From: Octopus bimaculoides
Taxonomy: Eukaryota
Assembly (NCBI RefSeq): GCF_001194135.2
Contig: NC_068985.1
Location: 19,885,668-19,925,849, forward strand
DNA: 40,182 nt
Direction: 5' to 3'
The position numbers and the translations under genes are program-made. The first letter of the stretch is position 1; each line of letters starts with the position of its first letter. Below, piece after piece: positions 35,955 to 40,182 of the stretch. The notes under the pieces are model-generated. The model searched no databases and had not been told where the DNA came from. It saw only the letters and a program-made list of their open reading frames with translations.

Positions 35955-36330
35955 GATTAAAATGGCAATATTGAAAACCATGAAAACGTGTATTTCAAAA
36001 GATTCGACGAAATTTCCATCCGCAAAGGGTGTAAGACAGGGTGATTCTATTCCCCCTAAGCTATTCCCAAGCTACTTAAAAGTATTTTTAAAACTACATT
36101 AGAAAATGGGAAATCAAAATCTACAGTCAATTTCTTACGCATCTTCGATTCACAGACATGATTCCTGTGTCAGGAGATCCGACAGAACTCACCACCATAT
36201 GCTACAGGCCCCACGCAAATACTTTATCAGAGTGCTATGTCGCTTTTGTTATGTATGCTGGGTGTTTAAAGTTGATCCAATACGTAGAAGAATTACGAGA
36301 TCCAATATCAAGTTAAAACAAATTACAATA
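35955..36330 (+). mobile_element. Old RTE-type LINE RT middle fragment
   Basis: KGVRQGDSIPPKLF and THLRFTDMI (degenerate GVRQGD.LSP.LF and HLRFADDI). Confidence 0.7.
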
Positions 36331-36789
36331 ATTAAATTGAATGACACCAGCAAATAGGTAAATACTTAGTTTTTTGTCGGATGCTAATGAATAGATTTTC
36401 CATTTTATTTATTTTGATGTATTAACCCTGTTATATAATAATTGGGATCATTATATAACAAGGTTAATACATCATAAGGTCTGCTGAATTAATCAGACTA
36501 TTACTGGTATATTTACCCAAAACACCATAATGTTAGTTATCGTTGTTAAATAATATCGGAATTTTATTTCATTTACAAAAGCAAACAGTAGGAAGGAATG
36601 GTAGATTTATTGAAAATTTAGTTAATTCAATAATTAACACGTATATATATGAAACATATACTACAAAACCACATTAAAATATAAATCAAAACCGAAGGAA
36701 ACACTAACAAGGGCGAATAAACAGAAAAGAGAAAACAAAGAGGAAGACAGAAAGAAAAAGGCCATCAGTTCAACACTTAAGTGCTTCTC

Positions 36790-37045
36790 CGGTTGCACAC
36801 TACAAAGTTCGGCGGAACCTACTGAAGCAAGCCAACAACCTAGTGACATTTACCACAGGCGGCGCCGATGCTAAGGCGTTGGAATAGCCAAGCACCCTCA
36901 CTGGCATCGCCTGACACCTCGGTAAGGCGAGCCGCCGACCACAAGAACTTCGCAGTTAGCTGTCCAGCACCTCCAAACGTCTCAAACGCCACAGGCTGGA
37001 AGAAAAGGTTCACTAATAAGTCCCGATACTTATTACGGAAGCAGT
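36790..37045 (-). mobile_element. CRE-clade non-LTR retrotransposon, RLE endonuclease C-terminus
   Basis: RNKYRDLLVNLFFQPVAFETFGGAGQLTAKFLWSAARLTEVSGDASEGAWLFQRLS matches the KY.DL...F.P.A.ET.G..G...FL....L..V.GD..E..WLFQRLS motif. Confidence 0.75.
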
Positions 37046-37155
37046 GACCCTTACATTTACATCAGCATCTTGGATGTGTGTGCGTTCGAGAGAGAGAGAG
37101 AGAGAGAGCAAAGGTGTCACAGACTGGTGTCGCAGACGAGGCATCTACCTCTTAC

Positions 37156-37180
37156 CAAGGGACAAAGGATCTCTTCCCAT
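37156..37180 (-). CDS. Alternative candidate first exon (MGRDPLSL)
   Basis: ATG plus ttg|gtaaga donor in phase 1, next to a CpG-rich promoter-like patch. Confidence 0.3.
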
Positions 37181-37189
37181 CACTTCTGA

Positions 37190-37250
37190 ATAGTTCCGCC
37201 GGTTCCAGAAGAAAATGTGGCGGAGCGTAAGGCATGCGTGCGCAAAAGAC
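37190..37250. promoter_or_regulatory. CpG-rich promoter-like patch
   Basis: GCATGCGTGCGCA (NRF1-like), TTCCGCC / GGCGGA and AAAATGTGGCGG motifs in otherwise AT-rich DNA. Confidence 0.3.
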
Positions 37251-37269
37251 AGACCCCTTCTCAATGTTT

Positions 37270-37355
37270 TCGAGACAACTCAGAAGACCCATAGCATTAC
37301 TGTTGGGTGGATTGCTAAGGCGCTGGAACAACCAAGCACTATCCAAAGTACCATC
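37270..37355 (-). mobile_element. Second CRE-like 3' fragment
   Basis: DSAWLFQRLS....SNAMGLLSC. Confidence 0.6.
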
Positions 37356-37399
37356 TCATAATATCGCGTATAGTTTCAACGCTAAACGAAAAGTTAACA

Positions 37400-38465
37400 T
37401 TCAAGTACAAGCAACAAATTTAATTTATAAAGACACATTTTCAACATTAGACCACAAACAAATTCATATGATATTAGGGTTGAATATAAGGAGAAAATGT
37501 TCAATTTGTGCATCACAGATGCCGAAGTAACAATGTTATATAAATGAATACGTAATGTATCATTTAAGGCTTGGTTCACCCTTTCAAATTCGCCAATATA
37601 ATTTACCGCGTCTAGGCGGTCGTCTTCCAGAGTTAAGCCTCTAAATGTTTCAAACATGTCACTTAGCAGATAAATATTGAACTTTTGGTAAAATAATAAA
37701 GTGAAAACCTATGATACAATTCGATTACCCCTTGTAATAGATAACATACAAGTCATTCAATATGCAGTTGGATTTATAAAAATAATTAATATTCTACAAA
37801 ATAGCCAGGTCCCCTTTGTTGCATATACTACGGCTCTGCATAAGCTTAATTCAACAAAGAATGAACATGAAAAAAACCATCTAACAAACTGTTAGACGAA
37901 GTTTCTGATATAAAAGTTGAGGAATCATCCATTCAAGTGGTAAAGCAGTTACATCTACATTGTGTAACTTAATAATGCGAACAGGGAAATAAAGAAATAA
38001 AACAGTGAATTACCATGGGCTGGGAAGCCTTCAAGAAGTTTTAAAATCAAAATGCTCCTGAGCTTTAAAAGACGAGTTTACCAAAGTGCTATCCAACAAT
38101 TTCTAACTAATAATGTAGACACATTGAACCTGACAGAAGACATAACAAGCAAGCTAAGACACTTCAATCGTGTACAACACATTAAGCTTGGCATAATGTG
38201 GGAGGCTATAAATCATCGAAACAGAGTCCCCTGCGCCACCAAAATAAAACTGACATTGTCGAATCCATAAAATCGTTAAAATAGAGTTTGTTTGGACATG
38301 TCCGGAGGATGAATGACAAGTGGACGGGAAAGCTGACAAACAGGATTTGGAGAGACAGCGACAGAAATGGAGGACGGCAACGAATAAAATAAATCGGATC
38401 GATTTGACAAACGCTGTAGATTGATTACCCCAAGCCGAAAGTAGAAAGCTTTTACTTAGCAGTGG
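37400..38465 (+). mobile_element. Old RTE-type LINE, degraded
   Basis: FSTLDH; KTYDTI; ITMGWEAFKK..KRRVYQS; SLFGHVRRMNDKWT, across several frames with stops. Confidence 0.65.
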
Positions 38466-38569
38466 CTGATTCAATTGATAGTAAAGATATATTTAAAACG
38501 AAACACAGAACATGGAAACATAAAACGAGATTTATTACGGGTAATTTCCTTCATCATAAAACAAAAGTC

Positions 38570-39130
38570 GGATCTTTTTTAAAACGGGGGCCACATTTTT
38601 CATTAACGAAACACTTTGAAACTTGGAACACTGGTAGAATGTGTCATATAAAACATCTTTTTCTCTTAGTCTTCTTTAAAAAAAAAAAGAAATCCCTAAG
38701 TTATTCCATGTTAAAGTTGTCGTATTTCTGTAATTTCAACCAATCACTGACGTCCATTCAGCCGATATACATTAAGTGCCGACTACATAAACAAACGATT
38801 CTGAAACAATTCTATCGGTGATAGGGTTAGGGTTAGGGTAAAACAGCAAATTTAAAAAGAAAAAAGCAAAACGAAGCTATGGAAATTAAATACGCTTTAC
38901 ACCGCTTAATCAGCCAAAGGAGTAAATATAAACAACTGAATACTTGTCAGTGATTGGTTGAAATTATCGAAATAAGACAATTTTTTACATGAAATAAATT
39001 CGAATACAAAAATATTTCTCTGTTCTATAACACAAAATAGATAAGTATACAAAGTTTGAAAGTCTTTCGGTACCAAAAACACTACGTAAAACATTAATGA
39101 AAAATGTGGCCCCCGTTTTAAAAAAGATCC
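38570..39130. mobile_element. Merlin-like MITE with perfect 8-bp TSD
   Basis: ~37-bp TIR starting GGATC (GGATCTTTTT..CGGGGGCCACATTTTTCATTAA) at both ends; TSD CAAAAGTC at 38562-38569 and 39131-39138; inner IR pair at about 38714-38752 / 38947-38985; contains (TTAGGG)3. Confidence 0.8.
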
Positions 39131-39172
39131 CAAAAGTCATCTATGAAGTGTTCGGTACTCATGAAAAAGAAT

Positions 39173-39557
39173 GGACCCACGCTAGTCATTAAGAAAGTGA
39201 AAATAAGACAATTTTGAAATTGAAATAAAATGTCATTCACTTCGGTATAATTCTATTGTTATTTAAAATATTTTATATTTTGCCATACATTCAGAGTTCT
39301 GGTGCTGCTTATTCATTTCTAAAGGAGAAGAAAGTGTTGAATTATATAAACGCAGATTGATGAGTATGATGGGAGTACAAACAAATATGATTGAATCCCA
39401 TCTAGATGAGTTTCTTTGGAGCGAAAAATATGAGAAAACCGGGGATAAATGTTTTCAGAACATTCTAAAACAGCTTTCGGAATGATTTACTTTTGCATGA
39501 CATTTTATTTCAATTTCAAAATTTGTTTTATTTTCACTTAATAACTAGGGTAGGTCC
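39173..39557 (+). mobile_element. Merlin/IS1016-type transposon deletion derivative
   Basis: ~70-bp imperfect TIRs (GGACCCAC.. / ..GTAGGTCC); 39345-39485 encodes YKRRLMSMMGVQTNMIESHLDEFLWSEKY..CFQNILKQLSE*, like the Merlin C-terminal SYLDEFMWR motif. Confidence 0.75.
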
Positions 39558-39754
39558 ACTCTTCTTGTGTATCGTATCTTTCAACCCTCATAGGCCGCAT
39601 AAATTCTACCAGGTACATTAACAGCATGTTGGTAATCATTCTGTAATGGCTCCGGATCCTATCTTCGTTATTTGTCGCATATTTTTCGTGTGATTTCTAG
39701 TTGCTCTCCTCACTGGGTTTAAACAATGCGGTATGTTGCTCATTTGCGAGAGTA

Positions 39755-39900
39755 TACAGTGGTAAGAAGCTTGCTTCTCAACTGCATGGTTCAGTGCCAC
39801 TGCATGTCACCTTCGGCAAGTGTCTTCTACTATAGCCTCGGGTCGACCAAAGCTTTGTGAGTGGATTTGATAGACGGAAACTGAAAGAATCCCGTTTATA
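39755..39900 (+). mobile_element. SINE A head
   Basis: ggtaagaagcttgcttc..ggcaagtgtcttctactatagcc..ggaaactgaaagaa. Confidence 0.85.
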
Positions 39901-39904
39901 TATA

Positions 39905-40182
39905 TCATCATCATCATCATCGTTTAACGTCCGCCTTCCATGCTAGCATGGGTTGGATGATTTGACTGAGGACTGGCGAACCAGAAGGCTGCACCAGGCT
40001 CCAATCGGATCTGGCAGAGTTTCTACAGCTGGATGCCCTTCCTAACGCCAACCACTCCGAGAGTGTAGTGGGTGCTTTTACGTGCCACCGGCACGAGGGC
40101 CAGTCAGGCAGTACTGGCAATGGCCACGCTCAAAATGGTGTTCTTTACGTGCCACCTGCACAGGAACCAGTCCAGCGGCACT
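39905..40182 (-). mobile_element. Young family C repeat, running off the window
   Basis: Near-identical to 16722-16942. Confidence 0.9.

Noticed and set aside
36661-36849. Hydrophobic ORF as the missing MXRA7 transmembrane exon
   Set aside because: It ends in a stop with no convincing donor; better explained as the T-rich 3' UTR of the CRE-like fragment.
37394-37657. 87-aa minus-strand ORF (MFETFRGLTLEDDRLDAV...)
   Set aside because: No recognisable motif, and it partly overlaps a degraded LINE on the opposite strand.
38822-38839. Telomere or interstitial chromosome-fusion site
   Set aside because: Only three TTAGGG units, and they are internal to a MITE.

Overview
AT-rich, repeat-dense animal genomic DNA with three N-gaps. 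From the SINE/LINE repertoire I infer a coleoid cephalopod, most likely Octopus. Two converging protein-coding genes are supported. (1) The last eight exons of EME1 (+ strand, 120-20960), the non-catalytic partner of MUS81; all introns are GT-AG, all phases fit and the frame is open for 306 aa. (2) A small MXRA7-like gene on the - strand, with a clear terminal exon at 24184-24452 and uncertain first exon(s) near 35.2 or 37.2 kb. The rest is mostly mobile DNA: several tRNA-derived SINE families with exchangeable modules, RTE and other LINE fragments, CRE-clade fragments, Penelope-like remnants with hammerhead ribozyme cores, Merlin and hAT MITEs, and a Helentron-type non-autonomous element. Best leads: a tRNA-head plus hammerhead module at the end of a Penelope-like ORF, a perfect 152-bp templated insertion inside a young SINE, and an 85-nt pre-miRNA-like hairpin between the two genes. 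All family assignments come from manual motif recognition, not database searches. Repeat boundaries are approximate (about 10-30 bp).
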